A stretch of DNA of 64,000 nucleotides from an uncultured Lachnospiraceae bacterium (GCA_946621195.1 CAMOOH010000001.1:1065-65064), one strand, 5' to 3'. Positions 19,420 to 27,403 are shown, numbered from the stretch's first letter. Translations and numbers: made by a program. Notes: generated by a model not told the origin, from the letters alone.

Positions 19420-21714
19420 TCACGCCTCCAAAAGATACTTCCTTGTCTTCTCAACCTCCGGCGGCACGTCAACTCCGTTCTTGGTAAATTTGTGTATCAC
19501 ATTGGTAAGATTTTTCTCGAGCTTCTTTTGCTCGACCATATGCCTCTTGGCAGCATCCGCATACGAGGTCTGCGATACGAGTCCCGCCGCGATCTCCTGC
19601 GATATGGGACAGTAGGTAAACAGTATATCCCTGCTCACCTTATTAAGGCGCATCGCTCCCGCGGCCTCCTTCACTATCCAGTCTGTATAATCTCTGGTAA
19701 ATACATCCCTGTGTCTGTTGCCTGCCTGCGTCAGCTGTGCCTTGACCTTTTCCTTTTTCTCTGCCGACAGGTCGGAGTTCTTTTTGTAAAATTGCAGATA
19801 ATCCGTGTACTCACTTGTAAGCGAGGGATATCTGTAATTATTCCACTGGGCTCCCATATCGGTACGGCATTTCTCCCAACGGAAATGAGCCATCATACGC
19901 AAAACCATTCCGTCCACGTCGCCCTCTGATATCATGGGCATAAGAACTCTTGCGTGCGAGGTCTTCACCTTTCCCTCGATATCCTGCCACATCTGGCACC
20001 CTCCGCCGCAAACGGGGAACAGGATAAAATCCGGTGTATACCTCTCTATATTGGTAAAATTGTTGAGATCTATCTCCTCGTAAAAGGATCTTATCTCCCT
20101 GTAAAAAATACTGTAATCTATCTTTTCTATCTTGCGGACTGCCGCATTGATCGCAGCTCCCGTCACCGCCGCACCCGACAGCGTCGTCATGATCCCCTCT
20201 GATGAGAGCACGGGGACAAACGTGGATATATTGCCATTGACAAGTCTGTCGGCATATTTGAACAGATTGTCTATCTCGAAGTGAAGCTTGGCATTTTTAT
20301 CCTTCATCGCATGATCGGCGGCTATCTTGTCCTTGGCGTGATCCTTGCGGACATGCTCCTCATAATCCTCGTCGAACTCGTCCTTCGAGGGCAGCTTCCT
20401 CCCCTCGTATATCTCCTTTAGCCACTCCGCCATCGTGTACACATGGCAGTCAAGGTCGCCCACTCCCACATCGGGAAGCGTTGTCAGCGTCCTCAGATCC
20501 TCCTCGGTCAGAAGCTCCTCGCTCACATATCCGTAGTTTAAAAACAATCGCACTGCCAACGGCGGATTGGGATCGGTAAAGCTTTTTTTGACGGCTCCCT
20601 CATATATGACGAAAAACGGCTCTGTGACCTTTTTTCTTATGGCTAGGGCATCCTTTGTCCTTCCGAATTTGTCGGTCAGGCGCATAAAAGCGTCCAGGGC
20701 TGTCGTGAACGACTTGGCAACCTCCTCGTCTACTCCGCTGTAGTCGAGTATCTGCTCGGTCGAGCCCCTGAGAGCGCTCAGATCCTGCTCATCGATCTCC
20801 ACCTCGACATCAATATCATCCGAGAGAAGCGCCATATACATAGCCTGCATATGGGTCCGGTTGAGCTTGGGATCGGTCCCGACGGTGTCGATCAGCACAC
20901 TCTCCACCTCGTCTATCTTTGCCACGAGCTTGTCCACAAGCCCGGATAATATATCGCTTGTCTGTCCACTCTTTTTGACATCGAGCGCCGTCTTCGATAC
21001 ATAGGCGAAGAGATTTTTCTCGTCCATGATAAGGGAACGGAAAAACTTGAATACCCACTCCCCGTAGACCCTGCACCCGTCTATAAGCGCAGGAAAAAGC
21101 TCGCACTGCTCCTGATAGTGCCTGAAGGCGATGTGCGACTTGGCGCCCAGATACGCCCTCTGTGCCTCGACCTCCACGCTCGCGGCCTCGAGATAGTACT
21201 TAAGCCCCGACGGCAGCGCGGGATCCTCTATAGATTGGGTGGATAGCTGTTCGATGCTTTGAAGCTGCTGCGGAACAAATCCCATGTCCTGGGATTCCTT
21301 TGTATAGATCATGTAGCTCTCGAGCATGAAATCCTTCATCTCGTGGACCACATCATGAAGCTTTTTAAAGGATTTGTAGATATCCCTTATAAGAAAGTTC
21401 TGCGATGTCACCAAAAGTCCCCTGTACTGCGCCTTACCCTCTATGAGCTTTTTGACTCTCGATATATCGTTGACCGGAAGAGGGTAGACCGTGACACCGT
21501 CACCTGCTATGTATGTGAACTCGTGCTCGCCTCTTACCACGTCACATATTCCCAAAAAATTGCCGCTTCCCAAGGTCAGCAAAACACCCGTTGAGCGCAC
21601 GGCAACACGACCCTTTAAAACAAGGGCAACGCAGTTGACACTGTCACCCTTCTCAAAGATCACTGTTCCCTTCGCCACCGGAGTGGTTTCGTTGATCGTC
21701 AGTTCTGCAGCCAT
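19420..21714 (-). CDS. Large hypothetical protein with N-terminal cyclic-nucleotide-binding-like beta-barrel
   Basis: AGGAGA lies 6 nt upstream of the ATG at 21714; the track start at 21729 is a TTG. The N-terminus VIFEKGDSVNCVALVLKGRVAVRS...GNFLG resembles CAP-family effector domains. I do not recognise the remaining ~640 aa. Confidence 0.72.
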   Translation of the reverse strand: MAAELTINETTPVAKGTVIFEKGDSVNCVALVLKGRVAVRSTGVLLTLGSGNFLGICDVVRGEHEFTYIAGDGVTVYPLPVNDISRVKKLIEGKAQYRGLLVTSQNFLIRDIYKSFKKLHDVVHEMKDFMLESYMIYTKESQDMGFVPQQLQSIEQLSTQSIEDPALPSGLKYYLEAASVEVEAQRAYLGAKSHIAFRHYQEQCELFPALIDGCRVYGEWVFKFFRSLIMDEKNLFAYVSKTALDVKKSGQTSDILSGLVDKLVAKIDEVESVLIDTVGTDPKLNRTHMQAMYMALLSDDIDVEVEIDEQDLSALRGSTEQILDYSGVDEEVAKSFTTALDAFMRLTDKFGRTKDALAIRKKVTEPFFVIYEGAVKKSFTDPNPPLAVRLFLNYGYVSEELLTEEDLRTLTTLPDVGVGDLDCHVYTMAEWLKEIYEGRKLPSKDEFDEDYEEHVRKDHAKDKIAADHAMKDKNAKLHFEIDNLFKYADRLVNGNISTFVPVLSSEGIMTTLSGAAVTGAAINAAVRKIEKIDYSIFYREIRSFYEEIDLNNFTNIERYTPDFILFPVCGGGCQMWQDIEGKVKTSHARVLMPMISEGDVDGMVLRMMAHFRWEKCRTDMGAQWNNYRYPSLTSEYTDYLQFYKKNSDLSAEKKEKVKAQLTQAGNRHRDVFTRDYTDWIVKEAAGAMRLNKVSRDILFTYCPISQEIAAGLVSQTSYADAAKRHMVEQKKLEKNLTNVIHKFTKNGVDVPPEVEKTRKYLLEA

Positions 21715-21745
21715 AGTATCTCCTAACAAAACATTTTATAAAAAT

Positions 21746-22007
21746 CCGTGCGTCCCACTTCGAATCGGTTCGGACTGACGTTACCGCAGCAGTAAGCTCA
21801 GTCCAGGCTTCCCCACGACACACGGAAAGCATCGCTTAGTGCTGCTTCGTTCCCGACCTGACACGGTTCACGAGTCTCCGTTGCACAGGACCCAAACTTC
21901 AACGCCACTTACTGCGGGCAGCTCATCCCGAGCCGACCCTCCATGAGACAACACCCCTGCTAAGCGGATTGCAGGTACAGGGCACCGCTAACTCCCCGGC
22001 TGCACGG
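21746..22007 (-). ncRNA. ffs: Signal recognition particle RNA, long Bacillus-type with Alu domain (scRNA)
   Basis: The minus strand reads CCGUGCAGCC...GUUAGCGGUGCCCUGUACCUGCAAUCCGCU (Alu-domain block as in B. subtilis scRNA). It also reads ...GUCAGGUCGGGAACGAAGCAGC (domain IV with GGAA tetraloop, plus-strand 21841-21862). The ends CCGUGC/GCACGG pair and a U-rich tract follows. Boundaries are +/-10 nt. Confidence 0.87.
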
Positions 22008-22028
22008 AAATACTGCCAAGATCGTCTC

Positions 22029-24194
22029 TTAATTCTTGGTATTGCTAAGGTCAGCAGAATCGTAATGTATATTGATCTGCTTTTTATCATACATCTTGTA
22101 AAATTCCATCATTATCCTGTCAGTGACCACGTGTATCTGATCCTCATCCATGTTGAGCAGCAGTACGATACGCTGTGTAGCAGAGTACTTGGTGGTCGCG
22201 TCCACACTTCTTATGGACTTTAGTATCGCCCTTTCAAGTATGGTCATAACGCGGTCGGTCTCGTCGACCGATACCCTGTGCTCCTGATCAGACATGAGCG
22301 TGAACAGCACCAGACGTACATGCTGATGATTTCTCTCAGCCACATCCGTTATATAATTGAGCATGGTGGTAAACGCCGGAAGATCGACCTCCAGACCACC
22401 CTTATCCCTCTTGCGGTTTTTGAGCACCGATACCAAGGCTCTAAGGTCTGCCGAGGCCTTCTCCTGTCTCGCGATCTCGTCGGCTCCGCGCCAGTGTATG
22501 TAGTATCCGTCCTCGCTCTGATGCTTGGCAACATAAAGCGCCTTGTCAGCTCTCTCATATACCACGTTGAACTCTTCCTTCTCGTGGTCTATCATGGCGA
22601 TACCGATGGATACGTTGAGCTTGCCAAGTGCGACCTGTTCATTTTTCTTGGCGTTTAGCTTCTCACGGAACTTCTCCGCCATACGTGTTGCGTGCTCGGG
22701 TGACAAAACTCTCGGGAATACCGCTACGAACTCATCCGCTCCGAACCTCGCCACGATACCCTTCTCCCTGAAGGAATCGATAAGCTTGGCAACCGTCTGC
22801 AGATAAATATCCCCGACCATATATCCTTCAGTCTCGTTGACAACGTGGAACTGGTCTATATCAAATATAAACAGTGTTCCCTGTCCCTGACGGGTGGTCT
22901 CCTGAAGCAACTTGATACCGTAGTTTCTGTTGTAGGCTCCTGTCAGCTCGTCATGCATATAGTTGTTGGCAAGCTGCTCCTCCTGCTTCTCCATGACACG
23001 TGAGAGAAGCTCTGTTGCCTCGCGAACCTCCTTGGGCTCCTCGTAATGCTCCTCCTGTATGAGACGTCCTTCCTTGAGAAGTCGGAGCATGGCGGCTCCC
23101 GCTTCGGGATCGAACTGTGTACCAAGCCCCTTCTCGATCTCCTCCATGACTATCCCCGGCTCCAGCCTGTTGCGGTAGATACGGGTCGAGGTCATCGCGT
23201 CGTAGGCATCCGCAACCGCTATGATGCGCGCGATCTTCGGGATCTCCTCTCCCTCAAGTCCTTCAGGATAGCCCTTGCCGTCGTAGCGCTCGTGGTGATA
23301 CTTCGCGCCCACGTCTATCTCCGGTATCATGCCGATATCCTTTAGTATATCCGCACCGATAACGGTGTGATTTTTCATGAGCTGATACTCGTCATCGGTA
23401 AGCTTTCCGGGCTTATTCAATACCGAATCCGGAACACCTATCTTTCCTATATCGTGAAGCAGCGCGATGAACTTGATGTCCGCGATCTTCTTTTCGTCGA
23501 AGCCAAGCTCCTTGGCAATGCTTCCGGAATAATCGGACACTCGTCTTGAATGTCCCTGTGTATACTCATCCTTTGCATCTATGGTATTTGCGATGGTACG
23601 TATCGTGGCAATGGTCATCTGCTGCATGTTCTCACGGAACTCGGCATTTTTCCTGTCGATACGACCGTAGATGTACGCGCCGACTATGGACGCCATGAAG
23701 CACAGTATAAGAAGTGCAAACTGTATCTCTATCTCCTTGGAATTGTGCAAGGATATCTCATCATCCATGTATCTGATGTATGTCGATGCGATGTTCACAA
23801 CGATCGAGGCAAGCCCCGTGATGGTGACCAGCAGCATATCGTGATAGAGTACCATCAGCGAGAGCAGCGGCAATATGTACGTAAATACCAGCGGCGTGTT
23901 TCCCGTCAGCATGACGAAGGTGTACATGATCATGTAGCCACCGAACACAAGGTATCTTAAGTAAAACCACTCCTGTCTCAGATGGTATACTATGAACGAA
24001 ATAACGACGGGAACTATTGTCACCAACGAAAAATAGAGCAGATACGTCTCACTCCGCTCTCCCTTCATGACCTCGATGGCATACGCCACCACAAGTACAA
24101 CTGCTATGATAAGCCATCCGTATACCAGTCCCGCATTCAGTCCGCTATACTCCGGTCTGTCCTCTCTCTTTTCAAAATGAAACCTCTCAAACAT
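22029..24194 (-). CDS. Membrane HD-GYP phosphodiesterase fused to a GGDEF-type domain (GADEF) and a degenerate GGDEF-like C-terminal domain
   Basis: About 6 TM segments, HDIGKIGVP and HHERYDGKGYP (HD-GYP), RFGADEF (22728-22742) and a C-terminal KYSATQRIVLLL block. The ATG at 24194 has a GGTGAAGG SD and lies 4 nt after the tadA stop. Confidence 0.85.
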   Translation of the reverse strand: MFERFHFEKREDRPEYSGLNAGLVYGWLIIAVVLVVAYAIEVMKGERSETYLLYFSLVTIVPVVISFIVYHLRQEWFYLRYLVFGGYMIMYTFVMLTGNTPLVFTYILPLLSLMVLYHDMLLVTITGLASIVVNIASTYIRYMDDEISLHNSKEIEIQFALLILCFMASIVGAYIYGRIDRKNAEFRENMQQMTIATIRTIANTIDAKDEYTQGHSRRVSDYSGSIAKELGFDEKKIADIKFIALLHDIGKIGVPDSVLNKPGKLTDDEYQLMKNHTVIGADILKDIGMIPEIDVGAKYHHERYDGKGYPEGLEGEEIPKIARIIAVADAYDAMTSTRIYRNRLEPGIVMEEIEKGLGTQFDPEAGAAMLRLLKEGRLIQEEHYEEPKEVREATELLSRVMEKQEEQLANNYMHDELTGAYNRNYGIKLLQETTRQGQGTLFIFDIDQFHVVNETEGYMVGDIYLQTVAKLIDSFREKGIVARFGADEFVAVFPRVLSPEHATRMAEKFREKLNAKKNEQVALGKLNVSIGIAMIDHEKEEFNVVYERADKALYVAKHQSEDGYYIHWRGADEIARQEKASADLRALVSVLKNRKRDKGGLEVDLPAFTTMLNYITDVAERNHQHVRLVLFTLMSDQEHRVSVDETDRVMTILERAILKSIRSVDATTKYSATQRIVLLLNMDEDQIHVVTDRIMMEFYKMYDKKQINIHYDSADLSNTKN

Positions 24195-24198
24195 GCCT

Positions 24199-24681
24199 TC
24201 ACCTGTCTCCGCCGCCAACCTCACGGCGCTTCTTTTCGCGTAATTCTTTGAAAAAACTACTCATAAGCATCGAGCACTCCTCTGACAGCACTCCCTCTCT
24301 CAGTGATACCTTATGATTCAATCCGTCCGTATGAAAAATGTCAAGTACTGATCCTGCGCAACCCGCCTTTGCGTTTCTGCAGCCCATAACGACGGTCGGT
24401 ATCCTCGCCTGCACGATGGCACCTGCGCACATGGGGCACGGCTCCAGTGTCACATAGAGCACGCAATCCTCCAATCGCCAGTCCCCCACTCGCCTGCACG
24501 CCTGTCTGATCGCCATGAGCTCTGCGTGCGCAAGGGCATTCTTCTTACGGTTACGCCTGTTGTAGCCTCTGCCTATGATCTTCCCATCCCGTACTATAAC
24601 GCATCCGATCGGTGTCTCGTCAAGACGGTAGGCTTTTTTCGCAAGCCCTATCGCCTCCCTCATAAACACCTCATCGTCCAT
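24199..24681 (-). CDS. tadA: tRNA adenosine(34) deaminase
   Basis: HAELMAI and PCPMCAGA zinc-binding motifs, 160 aa. Confidence 0.92.
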   Translation of the reverse strand: MDDEVFMREAIGLAKKAYRLDETPIGCVIVRDGKIIGRGYNRRNRKKNALAHAELMAIRQACRRVGDWRLEDCVLYVTLEPCPMCAGAIVQARIPTVVMGCRNAKAGCAGSVLDIFHTDGLNHKVSLREGVLSEECSMLMSSFFKELREKKRREVGGGDR

Positions 24682-24888
24682 ATAAATATCTCCCCCATAT
24701 CTTGCGTAACAAACACAATCGGCACACTAAAAAAAGTGCACCGATCGTCTATCGGTTGCATACGCAAAATCCATATATATAATATAACCGAAAATTGCGA
24801 AAAATACAACCATTATTTTTATTTTTTTATCACTGTTCACGGCTGACGGATTTTTGAACAGGGGAACGTCAACCGTGGACTGCTGCTG

Positions 24889-25494
24889 TCATCTTTGCCC
24901 CATCGACGCTTTGATGAGCTGAGCCAGCCATGGACCAAGCACTACTGCCACGACTATTTTTATCAGATCACCCGGGATAAACGGGAACACACACAGACCG
25001 AGCGCGGATATCACCGGTGTCCGGGTGGAGATCACGAACCACAGTGTTCCGAAAAAATACAGGACTGCGGTAGCCACCACAAATCCGGCAAAGTGTATGA
25101 CTCTAAGAAGGATCAGGGATGAGACCTTCTTTGTATCACTGACAAATCTGCCTGATAAAAGGATCACTCCGCCCGCAACCGCGATCATGGGTATAAAGCC
25201 TATCAGATATCCGCCCGTAGGCCCTGCCAGCTTTGCCAGGCCTCCCTGATATCCCGAAAAGACCGGAAGTCCTATCATTCCGATAAGAAGGTAGATTACA
25301 CAGGAGACCAGCGCATATCCTGTCCCAAGTATGTAGACTGCGAAAAACAGCACAAGCATGGTCAGCGATATAGGGACAGGTCCTATCGGTACGGAAAGCG
25401 GTCCCACCACGCATAAGACAGCTGCCATAAGGGCTGTCATGATCATTAACGTAAGCTTTGAGGATATTACAGTTTCACTCTTTGCGATCTTCAT
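24889..25494 (-). CDS. bioY: Biotin transporter S component
   Basis: 201-aa protein with ~6 TM segments and BioY-like blocks (GLPVFSG..GGLAKLAGPTGGYLIGF). A BirA-type operator sits in its promoter. Confidence 0.85.
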   Translation of the reverse strand: MKIAKSETVISSKLTLMIMTALMAAVLCVVGPLSVPIGPVPISLTMLVLFFAVYILGTGYALVSCVIYLLIGMIGLPVFSGYQGGLAKLAGPTGGYLIGFIPMIAVAGGVILLSGRFVSDTKKVSSLILLRVIHFAGFVVATAVLYFFGTLWFVISTRTPVISALGLCVFPFIPGDLIKIVVAVVLGPWLAQLIKASMGQR

Positions 25495-25512
25495 TTTCTT
25501 ATATTTCCTTTC

Positions 25513-25540
25513 GTAAACTAATATTTTAGAATTAGTTTAC
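25513..25540. promoter_or_regulatory. Candidate BirA operator (inverted repeat GTAAACTAAT-N8-ATTAGTTTAC)
   Basis: Perfect 10-bp inverted repeat that overlaps the -10 of the bioY promoter. The outer half-sites TGTAAAC/GTTTAC resemble Firmicute BirA boxes. Confidence 0.55.
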
Positions 25541-25562
25541 ATAATTTGCGGGCACTTGTCAA
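25534..25562 (-). promoter_or_regulatory. bioY promoter TTGACA-17-TAAACT
   Basis: The minus strand has TTGACA (25562-25557), a 17-nt spacer and TAAACT (25539-25534), about 40 nt upstream of the bioY ATG. Confidence 0.55.
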
Positions 25563-25620
25563 TAGGCAATTTGATCACAGTCGCGAACGTGAGGCGTTCT
25601 TTTTTTCGGATGAACAGCAC

Positions 25621-25649
25621 TTGCCTTGGCATTTTTCGGATGATATAAT
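25621..25649 (+). promoter_or_regulatory. Strong sigma-A promoter TTGCCT-17-TGaTATAAT (extended -10), target unclear
   Basis: TTGCCT at 25621-25626, a 17-nt spacer, TGA plus TATAAT at 25641-25649. The 12-nt direct repeat TTTTTCGGATGA occurs at 25602-25613 and 25632-25643. Confidence 0.6.
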
Positions 25650-25800
25650 CGGGTTACACCGAGATCAGGGAAAGGAGGGAAGGGATACGAAAGAAGGAGT
25701 GATGATGCGTTTGTGTTGATAATCGGTGTGGCAGGATTGATGAACATCACGGGTTCGCATCTTCTGCATATGGAAGTGGGGTGATATCATAGCACCGCGT

Positions 25801-25998
25801 ATGAGATTTTTGGATCAGCTCAAATTCGCCAAGAATAACGGCATTGCCATAGATGTCGAGGGTGTAAGCTATTCCGACAGGAGACCTCAGGATGTCATCG
25901 CTGTTATGCAGCGCGGCAGCTATATGGTCGACTATGACAGTGATTATCAGGGGCGCATTACGGCGATCCATGTAAGAAAGGTTTGCCGGTCAGAGTGA
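25801..25998 (+). CDS. Small hypothetical protein (65 aa), coding status uncertain
   Basis: This is the only + strand ORF of 60 aa or more downstream of the 25621 promoter. Its composition looks protein-like, but no SD lies within 5-12 nt of the ATG. The stop is embedded in the hairpin GCCGGTCA-GAG-TGACCGGC. Confidence 0.35.
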   Translation: MRFLDQLKFAKNNGIAIDVEGVSYSDRRPQDVIAVMQRGSYMVDYDSDYQGRITAIHVRKVCRSE

Positions 25999-26076
25999 CC
26001 GGCGTGAGAAATGGTCCTGAAAGGGAGTATACGTAATCGAGTAGGGACGATGTAATCGCACCCTACTCGCCCGCGA

Positions 26077-26124
26077 GCCGCCGGTCAGCTCTGCTGACAT
26101 CTTCCTATCGGCGGCTCTGCGATA
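26077..26124. repeat. GC-rich hairpin repeat element, copy B (copy A at 4580-4618)
   Basis: GCCGCCGGTCAGC...CGGCGGCTCTGCGATA, with inner hairpin GTCAGC-TCT-GCTGAC and a 10-nt insertion relative to copy A. Confidence 0.8.
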
Positions 26125-26129
26125 TCTAA

Positions 26130-26266
26130 GCGCGAGGGCAACACTTCGTGTCGCCTCGCCCAACGCTGTGGTTCGTTGGGATGTTTTACGGCGCGAGTGC
26201 CAACGCTTCGCGTTGACTCGCCCAACGCTCCGACTCGGATCCTTCGGATCCTCGTGGTCCGTTGGG
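26130..26266. repeat. Two tandem double-hairpin modules (26130-26180 and 26191-26266)
   Basis: Both units share GCGCGAG..CTCGCCCAACGCT..CGTTGGG. Each folds into a GCGAG(G/T)...(C/A)CTCGC hairpin followed by a CCCAACG...CGTTGGG hairpin. Unit 2 carries an inserted GGATCC-TTC-GGATCC hairpin. Confidence 0.75.
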
Positions 26267-26270
26267 CTCT

Positions 26271-26333
26271 AACGAATAAAAAGACAGGGAACCTTGAATG
26301 CGAGCATTCAGGTTCCCTGTCTTTCTATTCGTT
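26271..26333. terminator. Long (~28 bp) hairpin terminator downstream of trpS, probably bidirectional
   Basis: AACGAATAAAAAGACAGGGAACCTTGAATG-CGAG-CATTCAGGTTCCCTGTCTTTCTATTCGTT. The core GC stem is followed by a U5 run on the minus strand. It lies 9 nt after the trpS stop. Confidence 0.75.
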
Positions 26334-26341
26334 CTCGCGCC

Positions 26342-27391
26342 TTATGCGCTCCAGTATTCAATCCGCATGGCGCGTTTTACTTCTGACAATGTGTTGGCGG
26401 CGATCTCGCGGGCGGCGATGCTGCCCTGATGGAGGATCTCCATAACGGCGGGGACATCCTTCTCCCACTCCTTGCGCCTCTTCTGGATAGGCGAAAGCTC
26501 TTCCATCAACACCTGATACAAAAACTTCTTGACCTTTACATCTCCCAGTCCGCCCCTCTCATAGTGAGCCTTCAGCTCATCAAGATTACTATACTCGGGA
26601 AGATGCTCCTCAAACATATCGTCCCTGCAAAAGGCATCAAGATATGTAAATACGGTATTTCCTTCAAGTGATCCCGGATCCTCTATCCTGATGTGGTTAG
26701 GATCCGTATACATGCTCATGACCTTCTTCCGTATATCCTCGGGCTCGTCCGAAAGATATATACAGTTGCCGAGTGATTTGCTCATCTTTGCTTTGCCATC
26801 GGTTCCCGGAAGCCTTGAGCAGACCTGATTTTCGGGAAGCAGCGCCTTGGGCTCGACCAAAACCTCATCATAGGTCGAGTTGAAGCTTCTGACTATCTCT
26901 CTCGCCTGCTCCAGCATCGGAAGCTGATCCTCTCCGACCGGGACAGTCGTCGCCTTGAATGCCGTGATATCGGCTGCCTGCGATATGGGATAGGTAAAAA
27001 AGCCCACCGGTATCGAGCTGTGAAACCCTCTCATCTGTATCTCCGACTTGACGGTCGGATTTCTCTGAAGCCTTGATACCGTGACCAGATTGCTGTAATA
27101 AAAGGTGAGCTCAGTCAGCTCGGATACATATGACTGCACCAGCAGATTGGTCTTTTCGGGATCTATGCCGCACGACAGGTAATCAAGCGCGACCTCTGAT
27201 ATATTTGCCTTTACCTTTTCCGGATTGTCAGCGTTGTCAGTCAGCGCCTGCGCATCGGCGATCATGATGTGTATCTCATCGTATTCACCGGAATTCTGCA
27301 GCTCTACCCTGCGTCGCAGCGAGCCTACGTAATGACCTACATGGAGCCTCCCTGTCGGACGGTCTCCGGTCAGTATGATCTTCTTCATCAT
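26342..27391 (-). CDS. trpS: Tryptophan--tRNA ligase
   Basis: GDRPTGRLHVGHYVG (HIGH-type) and KMSKS motifs, 349 aa. Confidence 0.92.
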   Translation of the reverse strand: MMKKIILTGDRPTGRLHVGHYVGSLRRRVELQNSGEYDEIHIMIADAQALTDNADNPEKVKANISEVALDYLSCGIDPEKTNLLVQSYVSELTELTFYYSNLVTVSRLQRNPTVKSEIQMRGFHSSIPVGFFTYPISQAADITAFKATTVPVGEDQLPMLEQAREIVRSFNSTYDEVLVEPKALLPENQVCSRLPGTDGKAKMSKSLGNCIYLSDEPEDIRKKVMSMYTDPNHIRIEDPGSLEGNTVFTYLDAFCRDDMFEEHLPEYSNLDELKAHYERGGLGDVKVKKFLYQVLMEELSPIQKRRKEWEKDVPAVMEILHQGSIAAREIAANTLSEVKRAMRIEYWSA

Positions 27392-27403
27392 ATAACTCCT
27401 ATA

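Noticed and set aside
5454-19929. Other long antisense ORFs: 5454-5966, 6219-6752, 9912-10775, 14693-15163, 15943-16434, 17578-18108, 19192-19929 (and 48476-49363 further on)
   Set aside because: Each lies opposite a confidently assigned housekeeping or conserved gene and lacks translation signals. 9912-10775 even spans the ileS/thyX junction. All are consistent with stop-codon depletion on the antisense strand.
24682-24888. Possible ncRNA or terminator in the 207-bp bioY-tadA spacer (imperfect hairpin CGGCACAC-N8-GTGCACCG near 24730-24755)
   Set aside because: The stem has two central mismatches and no U-tract in the relevant orientation. I recognise no conserved RNA motif. The spacer probably just holds the tadA promoter.
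25559-25971. Minus-strand ORFs of 63 aa (25559-25750) and 74 aa (25747-25971) in the large intergenic locus
   Set aside because: Neither start has an SD. The 63-aa ORF runs through the + strand promoter and the bioY promoter region. The sequences look non-protein-like. Any minus-strand transcript here is more likely non-coding.
18463-26266. Possible CRISPR arrays (tandem repeats at 18463-18603 and 26130-26266)
   Set aside because: The first is an in-frame coding repeat with no spacers. The second has only two divergent, self-complementary units and no unique spacers. No cas genes are present in the window.
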